Below, in pieces: positions 1 through 8,826 of a stretch of DNA of 24,772 nucleotides. Source of the stretch: a virus (lineage: Duplodnaviria > Caudoviricetes); the IMG/VR virus record IMGVR_UViG_3300049737_000287, positions 1-24,772 of that record; one strand, written 5' to 3'. Numbering within the stretch: the first letter of the stretch is position 1; each line of letters starts with the position of its first letter. A model generated the notes under the pieces. That model did no database searches. It worked only from the letters and a program-made list of their open reading frames with translations, and was not told where the DNA came from. A program made the position numbers and the translations under genes.

Positions 1-2
1 CA

Positions 3-164
3 GCTGTTACAACTGAGCCTAGTAAATTAAAATCTGGAAGTAAAGCATCATCAAGAAGAAAGTCTTATTGTGCAAGAAGTGCAGGGCAAATGAAAATGTT
101 TCCTAAAGCTGCAAAAGATCCAAACAGCAGATTAAGACAAGCAAGAAGAAGATGGAACTGTTAA
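3..164 (+). CDS. 5'-truncated basic phage protein (DUF6321-like C-terminus)
   Basis: Hand translation: AVTTEPSKLKSGSKASSRRKSYCARSAGQMKMFPKAAKDPNSRLRQARRRWNC*. RRKSxCAR...DPNSR...WNC is a motif recalled from marine phage proteins. Its stop TAA directly precedes the ATG of gp16. Confidence 0.65.
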   Translation, partial: AVTTEPSKLKSGSKASSRRKSYCARSAGQMKMFPKAAKDPNSRLRQARRRWNC

Positions 165-512
165 ATGTCTGACAAAGTAAAAAATGACTATGAATATTCT
201 CGTGATACTTATTATGAATTACTAGAAAAAGGCAAAGATAGTTTAGAAACAATGATGCAAGTTGCTAGAGAATCAGAACATCCTAGAGCATTTGAAGTAT
301 TATCTAATATGATAAAAAATTTGTCAGATGTAAATGACAAATTAATGGACTTAAATAAAAAGAATAAAGATATGGAAGAACCACTTAAAAAAGTGGAACA
401 TCAACAAAATAATATATTTTTAGGGTCAACTGCTGATCTACAAAAATTATTAAAACAAAAAGATGAGAAAATTGTAGATGCATCAAGCGCAGAGTTATCT
501 AGGGAATCCTAA
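165..512 (+). CDS. gp16: Terminase small subunit (T4 gp16-like)
   Basis: DYEYSR..., SEHPRAFEV and NNIFLGSTADLQKLL motifs; immediately upstream of and overlapping the large terminase. Confidence 0.9.
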   Translation: MSDKVKNDYEYSRDTYYELLEKGKDSLETMMQVARESEHPRAFEVLSNMIKNLSDVNDKLMDLNKKNKDMEEPLKKVEHQQNNIFLGSTADLQKLLKQKDEKIVDASSAELSRES

Positions 513-2091
513 TGTAAAGAAGGACGGTGTTGTACAACAATGGTCGGCTGAACTAGTTGAGGAATATTCTAGATGTATGAAAGATTCAACTTATTTTGCA
601 GAAAAATATTGTAAAATCATTTCGTTAGATCAAGGGCTCGTACCTTTTAAATTATATCCTTATCAAAAGAAAATGTTTAACCAATTTGAGGAGAATAGGT
701 TTAATGTCGTTCTCGCATGTCGTCAATCTGGTAAGTCAATCAGTGCGTGCGCCTATCTATTATGGTTCGCATTATTCAATTCAGAAAAAACTATCGCTAT
801 TTTGGCAAATAAAGGAGCTACTGCGAGAGAAATGCTTTCACGTGTTACTCTTATGCTGGAAAATATTCCGTTTTTTTTACAGCCTGGTAGTAAAGCTCTT
901 AATAAAGGTTCCCTTGAGTTTTCAAATAATTCTCGTATCATTGCTGCTGCTACTTCCGGGAGTTCTATTCGTGGTCTTTCTGTTAACTTATTATACTTAG
1001 ATGAGTTTGCATTTGTAGAAAAGGCTTCTGAATTTTATACCTCAACATATCCCGTTGTATCTGCTGGTAAAAAAACTAAAATTATAGTTACTTCTACTGC
1101 TAATGGTATTGGTAATACGTTTTACAATATATGGCAAGGCGCAGTACAAAATATAAATGAATTTAAACCATTTAGAGTCGACTGGTGGGATGTGCCGGGT
1201 CGAGATAAAAAATGGAAAGAATCTACAGTATCAAATACATCACAATTACAATTTGACCAAGAATTTGGTAATACATTTTTCGGTACCGGTGATACTCTTA
1301 TAAACGCAAAAACACTAATGGAACTAAGAGCTCGTCAACCATACAAAATATATGAAGATGGTTCTCTTTTGATATACGAAAAACCAAAAGAAAAGCATGA
1401 ATATGTTATGTGTGTCGACGTTGCGAAGGGTAGAGGACAGGACTATTCTACCTTTAATTTAGTCGATATTAGCGTTCGCCCGTTCAGACAGGTAGCTGTG
1501 TATCGCAATAATACTATCTCGCCTATCCTCTACCCTAACATTATTTATAAATGGGCTAACGTCTACAACAAATCTTATGTAATAATTGAATCAAATGATC
1601 AGGGTTCTTTAGTCTGTAATGGACTATATCAAGATTTAGAATATGAAAATATGCATTCAGAATCAGCCGTAAGAATGGATAGAATGGGTATAGAAATGAC
1701 TCGTAAAACAAAAAGATTAGGATGTTCAGCTTTAAAAGATTTATTAGAAAATAATAAGATTGCTATACAAGATGAAAATACTATATTTGAAGCTTCTACA
1801 TTTATATCAAGGGGACAATCATACGAAGCATCTGATGGTAATCACGATGATTTAATTATGAATTTTGTATTATTTGGCTATTTTGTAACAAGTAAATATT
1901 TTGGAGATATGACAAATATTAATTTAAAAGAAATGATTTTTAAACAAAAGATGAAAGAGATCGAAGATGATGTTGTACCGTTTGGACACATCGATGATGG
2001 ATCACAATACGTTGAAGAAGAAGTAAAGAAACCAGAATGGGTAATAGAATTTGATCATGACGGACAATGGAACAATTACTCTAATTTCTAA
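478..2091 (+). CDS. gp17: Terminase large subunit
   Basis: YLGNPN N-terminus, adenine-binding LYPYQ, Walker A CRQSGKS, Walker B LLYLDEFAF, coupling motif TSTANG, nuclease motifs VDVAKGRGQDYS and HDDL. Confidence 0.97.
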   Translation: MHQAQSYLGNPNVKKDGVVQQWSAELVEEYSRCMKDSTYFAEKYCKIISLDQGLVPFKLYPYQKKMFNQFEENRFNVVLACRQSGKSISACAYLLWFALFNSEKTIAILANKGATAREMLSRVTLMLENIPFFLQPGSKALNKGSLEFSNNSRIIAAATSGSSIRGLSVNLLYLDEFAFVEKASEFYTSTYPVVSAGKKTKIIVTSTANGIGNTFYNIWQGAVQNINEFKPFRVDWWDVPGRDKKWKESTVSNTSQLQFDQEFGNTFFGTGDTLINAKTLMELRARQPYKIYEDGSLLIYEKPKEKHEYVMCVDVAKGRGQDYSTFNLVDISVRPFRQVAVYRNNTISPILYPNIIYKWANVYNKSYVIIESNDQGSLVCNGLYQDLEYENMHSESAVRMDRMGIEMTRKTKRLGCSALKDLLENNKIAIQDENTIFEASTFISRGQSYEASDGNHDDLIMNFVLFGYFVTSKYFGDMTNINLKEMIFKQKMKEIEDDVVPFGHIDDGSQYVEEEVKKPEWVIEFDHDGQWNNYSNF

Positions 2092-2095
2092 ATTA

Positions 2096-2103
2096 TATAA
2101 ATA
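2096..2103 (+). promoter_or_regulatory. T4-type late promoter for gp18-gp19
   Basis: Exact TATAAATA in the intergenic region upstream of the tail sheath gene; gp55 is present in the window. Confidence 0.85.
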
Positions 2104-2165
2104 TATCATAGTAATTGATAACAACCGTATTATGAATCTTATTAATTAGAAACCGAGAGGCAAAC

Positions 2166-3941
2166 ATGGCACTATTCACACCATCACAATCACCTGCGGT
2201 TGTTGTAAAGGAAATTGATGCAACGGGCGGCGTACCCAATGTTCAAACTTCCACTGGAGCAATCGTTGGAAATTTTAGATGGGGTCCTGTCGAGCAAAGA
2301 ACACTCATATCAAACGAAGCCGATTTGATAAATGTCCACTCGACACCAGACACCACAAACACAATAGATTTTCATAACGCATCATATTTTTTGCGTTATT
2401 CAAGTTCGCTACAAGTTGTTAGAGCTGTAACGGCTGAAGCAAAAAATTCAAGAGCATCAACACTACAAACTGGAGGAACTTTTCCAGGAAGTGGTGCACC
2501 AACAATTAAAAATAAAGATAATTTTATTTCTCAAGAAGGAACACTTAATTCAGCTAAAGCTTCTTTTGCTGCTAGATTTCCTGGAGCTTTAGGTAATTCG
2601 TTACAAATTTCAATATGTACACCAACATTATTAGACTCAGCATTTAGTAATTGGGCATATAAATCATCTTTCGATGCAGCACCAGGTTCATCAGCAATTG
2701 ATTCTGCAGCAGGCGGATCTAAAACTGAAGTACACGTTGCCATTGTTGATGAAGATGGCCAAATATCAGGAACGAAAGGATCAGTATTAGAAGCATATCC
2801 ATACGTATCACTTGCTTCTAACTCAAAAGCACAAGATGGAGGAACTAATTATATAAAGAATGTAATTAACGAGCAATCACAGTACGTACATATGATTGGT
2901 TTTCCACAAGATATCACTGTAACAGGTGTTCTTGCCGGCCAAGCTATGACTGGTACTCAACAAGATTTCGTTGCAGATGGAGCTAATATTAAAGTATTAA
3001 ATTATTCACTTGATAGTGGAGTTAATTCTAACGCACTTGGTACTGCTGAGATTGCAACTGGTCATGATCTTTTTGAAGATGTAGAAGCAGTTGAAGTAGA
3101 TTTCTTAATTGCACCCGGTATGAGTAGCAGATCCGATCAAACAACAGTTACTAATGATTTAATTGCAAATGCAACGGCAAGGAAAGATTGTGTTGTTGTA
3201 TCTTCGCCAGCTAGATCAGACGTTGTTGGTCAGTCAAATGAAACAACAGTAACTACAAATGTTGTTGCTACGGCTGCTACAATAACAAAGAGCTCTTATG
3301 GCATTATGGATTGTTCATATCTCAAAGTATTCGATAAATTCAACGATCAATTTATTGAAATACCTGCTGCTTCTTCAGTTGCTGGACTTATGGCAGAAAC
3401 TGATAGAACACAAGCACCATGGTTTTCTCCTGCTGGTACAAGAAGAGGACAACTATTAGGTGTAACAGGACTTAACTATAATCCAAATAAAACAAATAGA
3501 GATACTTTATATAAAGCCGGAGTTAATCCAGTTGTTAATGTAAGTGGCTCAGGTATTTGTTTATTTGGTGATAAAACAATGTTCAATAGACCTTCTGCGT
3601 TTGATAGAATAAACTGTAGAAGATTATTTTTAACACTTGAAAGAGCAATTGCGCAAGCTGCTAAAAACGTAATGTTTGAATTTAATGATGAATTTACAAG
3701 AGCAGAATTTGTAAATATTATTGAACCAGTCCTCAGAGATGTGAAAGCTCGAAGAGGTATAACCGATTTTAGAGTAATAGCTGATGAAACAGTTAATACT
3801 TCTGAAGTTATTGATCGTAACGAATTCATAGCTAACATTTTCATCAAACCTGCACGTTCAATTAACTTTGTCACACTTAACTTTGTGGCTGTTAGAACAG
3901 GCGTATCGTTTGAAGAAATTGTTGGAACTGCTGGCGTTTAG
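2166..3941 (+). CDS. gp18: Tail sheath protein
   Basis: SPAVVVKEID, FRWGP, PWFSPAG.RRG, GDKT, AFDRIN.RRLF, FEFNDEFTR and IKPARSINF motifs; GAGAGG RBS. Confidence 0.97.
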   Translation: MALFTPSQSPAVVVKEIDATGGVPNVQTSTGAIVGNFRWGPVEQRTLISNEADLINVHSTPDTTNTIDFHNASYFLRYSSSLQVVRAVTAEAKNSRASTLQTGGTFPGSGAPTIKNKDNFISQEGTLNSAKASFAARFPGALGNSLQISICTPTLLDSAFSNWAYKSSFDAAPGSSAIDSAAGGSKTEVHVAIVDEDGQISGTKGSVLEAYPYVSLASNSKAQDGGTNYIKNVINEQSQYVHMIGFPQDITVTGVLAGQAMTGTQQDFVADGANIKVLNYSLDSGVNSNALGTAEIATGHDLFEDVEAVEVDFLIAPGMSSRSDQTTVTNDLIANATARKDCVVVSSPARSDVVGQSNETTVTTNVVATAATITKSSYGIMDCSYLKVFDKFNDQFIEIPAASSVAGLMAETDRTQAPWFSPAGTRRGQLLGVTGLNYNPNKTNRDTLYKAGVNPVVNVSGSGICLFGDKTMFNRPSAFDRINCRRLFLTLERAIAQAAKNVMFEFNDEFTRAEFVNIIEPVLRDVKARRGITDFRVIADETVNTSEVIDRNEFIANIFIKPARSINFVTLNFVAVRTGVSFEEIVGTAGV

Positions 3942-3951
3942 GAGGTAAAAA

Positions 3952-4500
3952 ATGGCACTAGGTAGTGTAGATCAATTTAAAGCCAGGCTTACAGGTGGAG
4001 GTGCAAGATCCAATCTATTTCAAGTCACTATGAACAATCCAAGAGGTGGTTTAGGTGTTGATGTAGATGCTGATCTTTCATCATTCTTGTGTGAGGCTGC
4101 GCAGTTACCAGCGTCAACAGTTGGTACGATAATTGTACCCTTTAGAGGTAGACAATTAAAAATAGCTGGTGATAGAACATTCGCAGAATGGACCGTCACT
4201 ATAATCAATGATGTAAATTTTAAGTTAAGAAATTCTTTCGAAACTTGGATGAACGCCATTGCAAATCATGCGGATATTGGCGGTACTCAAAATCCCGAAT
4301 TATATTTCGCTGATCTTCAGGTTTCTCAATTTGATAGAAACGAAACAATTAAAAAAACATATACGTTTAAAGATTGTTGGCCAGCAGATGTAAGTGCAAT
4401 TGACTTATCATATGCTGCTGAAGATATTGAAAGATTTACGGTTACTTGGAATTACCAGTACTGGACATCTGATACCACAGACGGCGTTAATGCTGCATAA
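3952..4500 (+). CDS. gp19: Tail tube protein
   Basis: GGARSNLF, AAQLPAS, VPFRGRQLKIAGDRTF.EWTVT motifs; follows the sheath gene; AGGAGG RBS. Confidence 0.96.
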   Translation: MALGSVDQFKARLTGGGARSNLFQVTMNNPRGGLGVDVDADLSSFLCEAAQLPASTVGTIIVPFRGRQLKIAGDRTFAEWTVTIINDVNFKLRNSFETWMNAIANHADIGGTQNPELYFADLQVSQFDRNETIKKTYTFKDCWPADVSAIDLSYAAEDIERFTVTWNYQYWTSDTTDGVNAA

Positions 4501-4511
4501 TATATAAGATA

Positions 4512-4535
4512 GAGGGGTGCACTTAAGCACCCCTC
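4512..4535. other. Perfect 9-bp stem-loop between gp19 and gp20 (weak terminator or mRNA-stabilising hairpin)
   Basis: GAGGGGTGC-acttaa-GCACCCCTC, with no clear + strand U-tract after it. Confidence 0.6.
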
Positions 4536-4552
4536 ATAATAAGGGATAATTA

Positions 4553-6070
4553 ATGGCTGATTACATTAATGATACGCGAGGATTAAGATTATTTGGGTTC
4601 GAATTAAGACGAACACCAAAAGACGATCCTAATAAAAAACCATCTATAGTTCCAGCAAAAGATGATGACGGTGCTGGTTACGTTACTGCTGGTGGTTCAC
4701 ATTATGGACAATATATTAATATGGATGGGGATGATTCAAAAGATAATGCCCAACTAATAATGAAATACCGTGGAACTTCTATGCATCCTGAATGTGATGC
4801 TGCTATAGAAGATATTGTTAACGAATCAGTTGTTTCATCAAATGAAGTTGGAAAACAATCTGTAGATATTACTATGGATAATTTAAAAGTAAGTGACGGA
4901 ATTAAAAAACAAATTAAAGAAGAATTTGACAATATATATTCAATGTTAAATTTTAGTGAAGATGGTCATGATATTTTTAGAAGATGGTATATTGATGGTA
5001 GAATATATCACCATATAGTTGTTAATGAATCAGCATTAAAAGCAGGTATACAAGAAATACGACCAATTGATTCTTCAAAGATAAGAAAAATAAAACAAAT
5101 TAAAAGAAAAAAAGATCCAAAAACAGGTGCCAATCTTGTTGAAAAGGTGGATGAATTTTACATATATCAAGAAAAGCCAGGTCAACAAACTTCGGGTGTT
5201 AAATTAAGTGTCGATTCTGTAAGTTATGTAACATCTGGTTTATTAGATGAATCAAGAAAAAAGATTTTAGGATATTTACATAAGGCCTTAAAGCCTCTCA
5301 ATCAATTAAGAATGATGGAAGACTCTTTGGTAATATATAGATTATCAAGAGCTCCGGAAAGAAGAATGTTTTATATTGATGTCGGTAATTTACCTCGAGG
5401 TAAAGCTGAACAATATATGAAAGATATTATGTCAAGGTATCGTAATAAAATAGTATACGATGCTAAAACCGGTGAAATAAGAGACGATCGTAAACACATG
5501 TCAATGATCGAAGATTTTTGGATTCCACGTAGAGAAGGTGGTCGAGGTACAGAAATTACAACTTTACCTGGTGGCCAAAATCTTGGTGAAATAGAAGATA
5601 TTATTTATTTTCAAAAGAAATTATATAAAGCACTAAATGTACCGATTAATCGATTAGAACAAGAATCTCAATTTAGTTTAGGTAGAACTTCAGAAATAAC
5701 TCGTGACGAATTAAAATTTCAAAAGTTTGTTGAAAGATTACGTACAAGATTTTCGCATTTGTTTATGGGTTTATTAAAAACACAACTAATGTTAAAAGGT
5801 ATTATTACTGAAGAAGATTGGGATGACATGAAAAACGATCTCGTTATTGACTATATTAAAGATAATCATTTTACAGAATTAAAAGAATCAGAATTATTAA
5901 GAGAAAGATTACAAACATTAGATCAAGCTTCTCAATACATTGGAACATATTTTTCAAAGGAATGGATTATGAAAAATGTTCTTAAGCTAACTGATGATGA
6001 TATAGAAAGTTTAGAAAAACAATCTGACGATGAACAGCAAGAAGAACCACAACCTGAAAACGAAGAATAG
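4553..6070 (+). CDS. gp20: Portal vertex protein
   Basis: FRRWYIDGR, NQLRMMEDSLVIYRLSRAPERR.FYIDVGNLP, EDFW.PRREGGRGTEITTLPGGQNLG and RDELKF motifs. Confidence 0.98.
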   Translation: MADYINDTRGLRLFGFELRRTPKDDPNKKPSIVPAKDDDGAGYVTAGGSHYGQYINMDGDDSKDNAQLIMKYRGTSMHPECDAAIEDIVNESVVSSNEVGKQSVDITMDNLKVSDGIKKQIKEEFDNIYSMLNFSEDGHDIFRRWYIDGRIYHHIVVNESALKAGIQEIRPIDSSKIRKIKQIKRKKDPKTGANLVEKVDEFYIYQEKPGQQTSGVKLSVDSVSYVTSGLLDESRKKILGYLHKALKPLNQLRMMEDSLVIYRLSRAPERRMFYIDVGNLPRGKAEQYMKDIMSRYRNKIVYDAKTGEIRDDRKHMSMIEDFWIPRREGGRGTEITTLPGGQNLGEIEDIIYFQKKLYKALNVPINRLEQESQFSLGRTSEITRDELKFQKFVERLRTRFSHLFMGLLKTQLMLKGIITEEDWDDMKNDLVIDYIKDNHFTELKESELLRERLQTLDQASQYIGTYFSKEWIMKNVLKLTDDDIESLEKQSDDEQQEEPQPENEE

Positions 6071-6078
6071 GAGTAATT

Positions 6079-6483
6079 ATGGCTGAACAAGAAGTAGAAA
6101 CTGAAGGTAATCCTTTAAGAGATTTGGTACAACATTCACTAGATCAAGATTATAATAAAGCGAATAAAATTTTTAGTGATGTGATATCAGTAAAATTAAA
6201 TGACGTTTTAGATCAGGAGAAAATAAAACTTGCAGATCAACTCTACAATGGCCAACCTGCTGAAGCAGACGATACAGAGGGAGACGAAGACCAGCTCGAA
6301 CTCGATCTCGATAACGCGGAAGATGGTGGAGCAACTAGCTCTGAGGCAGAGAGTGGCATTGAAGACGAAGAGACCGAAGAAGAGTCCGGTAGCGATGTGG
6401 GAGTCGAAATGGGAGACGACGAGTTATCAGATGACGACGGAGAATGGGACGAAGAAGACGGAGATGAGGAAGTATCTAATTAA
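6079..6483 (+). CDS. gp67: Prohead core protein, gp67-like, with a long acidic tail
   Basis: Directly after the portal gene; helical N-terminus followed by a very D/E-rich C-terminus; AGGAG RBS. The assignment rests mainly on synteny. Confidence 0.65.
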   Translation: MAEQEVETEGNPLRDLVQHSLDQDYNKANKIFSDVISVKLNDVLDQEKIKLADQLYNGQPAEADDTEGDEDQLELDLDNAEDGGATSSEAESGIEDEETEEESGSDVGVEMGDDELSDDDGEWDEEDGDEEVSN

Positions 6484-6505
6484 AATCCGTTAAAAATTAT
6501 ATTTT

Positions 6506-6513
6506 TATAAATA
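6506..6513 (+). promoter_or_regulatory. T4-type late promoter
   Basis: Exact intergenic TATAAATA upstream of ORF 6531 and gp21/22/23. Confidence 0.85.
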
Positions 6514-6530
6514 TATACAAAGGGAAATTT

Positions 6531-6749
6531 ATGAAATCTTTTATAGAATTAAGAGAACTTGCTGGTCGAAAAGCAATAGGACCAAAAGTGTTTTCTAAAA
6601 GAATCAATAGAATTCCAATGACGATACACAATGAAATGGGCAAATTTGTTGTTTATATTGATGGTGATAGATTAGATCAATATCGTACTAAAAGAGAAGC
6701 TGAAAAAGCTGGTATGATGTTCATGAAACAATATAAAGGGATGAAGTAA
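6531..6749 (+). CDS. Small basic head-region protein (possible internal/core protein)
   Basis: 72 aa, preceded by a late promoter; N-terminus MKSFIELRE resembles T4 capsid-targeting sequences; TAATG coupling to the next ORF. Confidence 0.7.
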   Translation: MKSFIELRELAGRKAIGPKVFSKRINRIPMTIHNEMGKFVVYIDGDRLDQYRTKREAEKAGMMFMKQYKGMK

Positions 6750-7003
6750 TGCATATAAATCCATTAGCAGCCGGTGAAACAGCTAACGGCGCAGGTAATA
6801 GAACTTATTTGGGATTCAATCGTAACGTATATGCTTGTTGTACAACATCTACAACTGTAACAATAAGTAATGCAGCCGGGGATGTTCAACATTCTTTTTT
6901 AATGCATTCTAGTCAAGCAATTACTTTTAATAAAAAACACGATGAAATGGTATATGCTGGTAGCGGTAATGTAACATTCACACCTATAGCATATCCGAGG
7001 TAA
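6749..7003 (+). CDS. Small hypothetical protein in the head module (likely beta-rich, possibly virion-associated)
   Basis: 84 aa, translationally coupled, fills the gap before gp21; rich in A/G/T/N. Confidence 0.7.
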   Translation: MHINPLAAGETANGAGNRTYLGFNRNVYACCTTSTTVTISNAAGDVQHSFLMHSSQAITFNKKHDEMVYAGSGNVTFTPIAYPR

Positions 7004-7005
7004 TT

Positions 7006-7665
7006 ATGAAACTCATTTCAGAATTTAACGATACAAATCTAGAAGTTTTTATTACTGAAGGTAAAAACGGTAAAAAGTGTTATAACATAGAAGGTATTTT
7101 TGCTCAAGCTGAAGGGCAAAATAGAAATGGTAGAATTTATCCAATGCCTGTAATGGAAAAGGCTGTTGGTAAATACTCCAATGAACAAGTTTCTAAAGGT
7201 CGTGCCGTAGGTGAATTGAATCACCCAGAAGGGCCGACTGTAAATTTAGATAAGGTTTCACATAAGATCAATGAACTTAATTTTAAGGGAAATGATGTTA
7301 TGGGGAAAGCGCAAATATTGGAAACTCCAATGGGAAACATAGTAAAAGGGTTACTCGAAGGCGGTGTTCAATTAGGCGTTTCGACTCGTGGTATGGGAAG
7401 TTTAGAGCGACGTAATAACGCAATGTATGTAAAAGACGATTTTATGCTTAATGCTATTGATATAGTACAAGATCCATCTGCACCTGGAGCTTTTGTTAAT
7501 GGGATAATGGAAGGTGTTGAATGGGTTTGGCATAACGGTATTATTGAAGCTAGGACAATTGAAAAAATGGAGACTGAAATTAAAAAGGCATCACGCACAA
7601 ATCTCTACGAGACTCAAGTTCGTGAGTTCAAAAATTTCCTCTCGTTACTCAAAAATAAAAATTAG
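7006..7665 (+). CDS. gp21: Prohead core protease
   Basis: IEGIF.QAE..NRNGR.YP, GELNHP, LGVSTRGMGSL and DIVQDPSAP.AFV.GIME motifs. Confidence 0.97.
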   Translation: MKLISEFNDTNLEVFITEGKNGKKCYNIEGIFAQAEGQNRNGRIYPMPVMEKAVGKYSNEQVSKGRAVGELNHPEGPTVNLDKVSHKINELNFKGNDVMGKAQILETPMGNIVKGLLEGGVQLGVSTRGMGSLERRNNAMYVKDDFMLNAIDIVQDPSAPGAFVNGIMEGVEWVWHNGIIEARTIEKMETEIKKASRTNLYETQVREFKNFLSLLKNKN

Positions 7666-7675
7666 GGAGTCAAAT

Positions 7676-8812
7676 ATGACAGAAGAAATCAAAGATGATG
7701 TCATTGGCGATCTCTACGAAGAGGATGAAAGTGTAGAGGAAGCTATGGGGCATGATGAAAAAAATGCAGAAGAAAAATCTGTGAAGTCAGTTAAGGATTC
7801 TGAAAAAGCAGGTCCATCTGCACCCCTTCGGAAAGGCGATAAAAATAAAAAAGATCCAATGCAAAAGCTTCAATCAAGTGATCCAGCTTCAAAAATAAGA
7901 GATGCTGGTGCACAACCAAAAGAAGCTTATATGCCAAAGACTAAAGCTGCTATGATGAACGATATGTATACTAAGATGACTAAAACCAAGAAAGAAGACT
8001 TAGCATCTGTGTATTCTAAATTCATGGCTGAAGACATTGAAGATGACGAAACTGTTGAAGTTAAGTCAAGCAATGTTAAAGTCGATGTTGATTGGTCAAG
8101 TGATCTTAATGCTCTTGTTAATGAAGAAGCAACTTTATCTGAAGAATTTAAGGGTAAAGCACAAACAATATTTGAAGCTGCAATCAATTCAAAACTATCT
8201 GAAGAGATTGATCGCCTTGAAGAAAAATTTAACGAGGAATTGGAATCTGAAGTTTCTACAACCAAAGAAGAACTTGTAAATAAGGTTGATTCATACCTTA
8301 ACTACGTAGTTGAGAATTGGATGGAAGAAAATAAGGTTGCAGTTCAAACCGGTCTCCGTACAGAAATTGCTGAGAAGTTTATGAATAATCTAAAAGATTT
8401 ATTCACAGAGTCTTACATTGAAGTACCTGAGTCTAAAGTCGACCTAGTTGACGATCTTGCTGCAGAAGTTGAAGAGTTGGAAACAACTTTAAATTCTCAA
8501 ACAGCAAAAACCATCGCTATGCAAGAGGAACTCGAGGATTATCAAAGGGAAGCGGTTATCCGTGAAGCTTCGAATGATCTAGCAGAAACTCAAATTGAAA
8601 AACTAAAAACTTTAACAAATAGCATTGATTTTGACGACGTAGAACAATTCGCCAACAAAGTTAATACTGTTAAAGAATCATACTTTAAGAAAAGACAGAT
8701 GACTAGTGAATTTGATATGGAATTAGAAGAAGATACAGAAGATAATACTGTTGAAACTTCTGGAGCAATGTCACAGTATCTAACTGCTCTTAAATCACAA
8801 ATCAAAACTTAA
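7676..8812 (+). CDS. gp22: Prohead scaffolding (core) protein
   Basis: LSEEFK.KA.TIFEAA, VDSYLNYVVENWMEEN and LKDLF.E.YIEVPE.KVD motifs. Start moved from the track's 7514 to ATG 7676, which has a GGGAG RBS and avoids overlap with gp21. Confidence 0.93.
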   Translation: MTEEIKDDVIGDLYEEDESVEEAMGHDEKNAEEKSVKSVKDSEKAGPSAPLRKGDKNKKDPMQKLQSSDPASKIRDAGAQPKEAYMPKTKAAMMNDMYTKMTKTKKEDLASVYSKFMAEDIEDDETVEVKSSNVKVDVDWSSDLNALVNEEATLSEEFKGKAQTIFEAAINSKLSEEIDRLEEKFNEELESEVSTTKEELVNKVDSYLNYVVENWMEENKVAVQTGLRTEIAEKFMNNLKDLFTESYIEVPESKVDLVDDLAAEVEELETTLNSQTAKTIAMQEELEDYQREAVIREASNDLAETQIEKLKTLTNSIDFDDVEQFANKVNTVKESYFKKRQMTSEFDMELEEDTEDNTVETSGAMSQYLTALKSQIKT

Positions 8813-8826
8813 AGGGAGTCTTAAGG

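Noticed and set aside
6230-6480. Locally higher GC, purine-rich repetitive stretch suggesting foreign DNA
   Set aside because: Explained by Asp/Glu/Gly codons in the acidic gp67-like tail.
7514-7675. Longer gp22 start given by the ORF track
   Set aside because: Overlaps gp21 by about 150 nt; ATG 7676 has a clear RBS.
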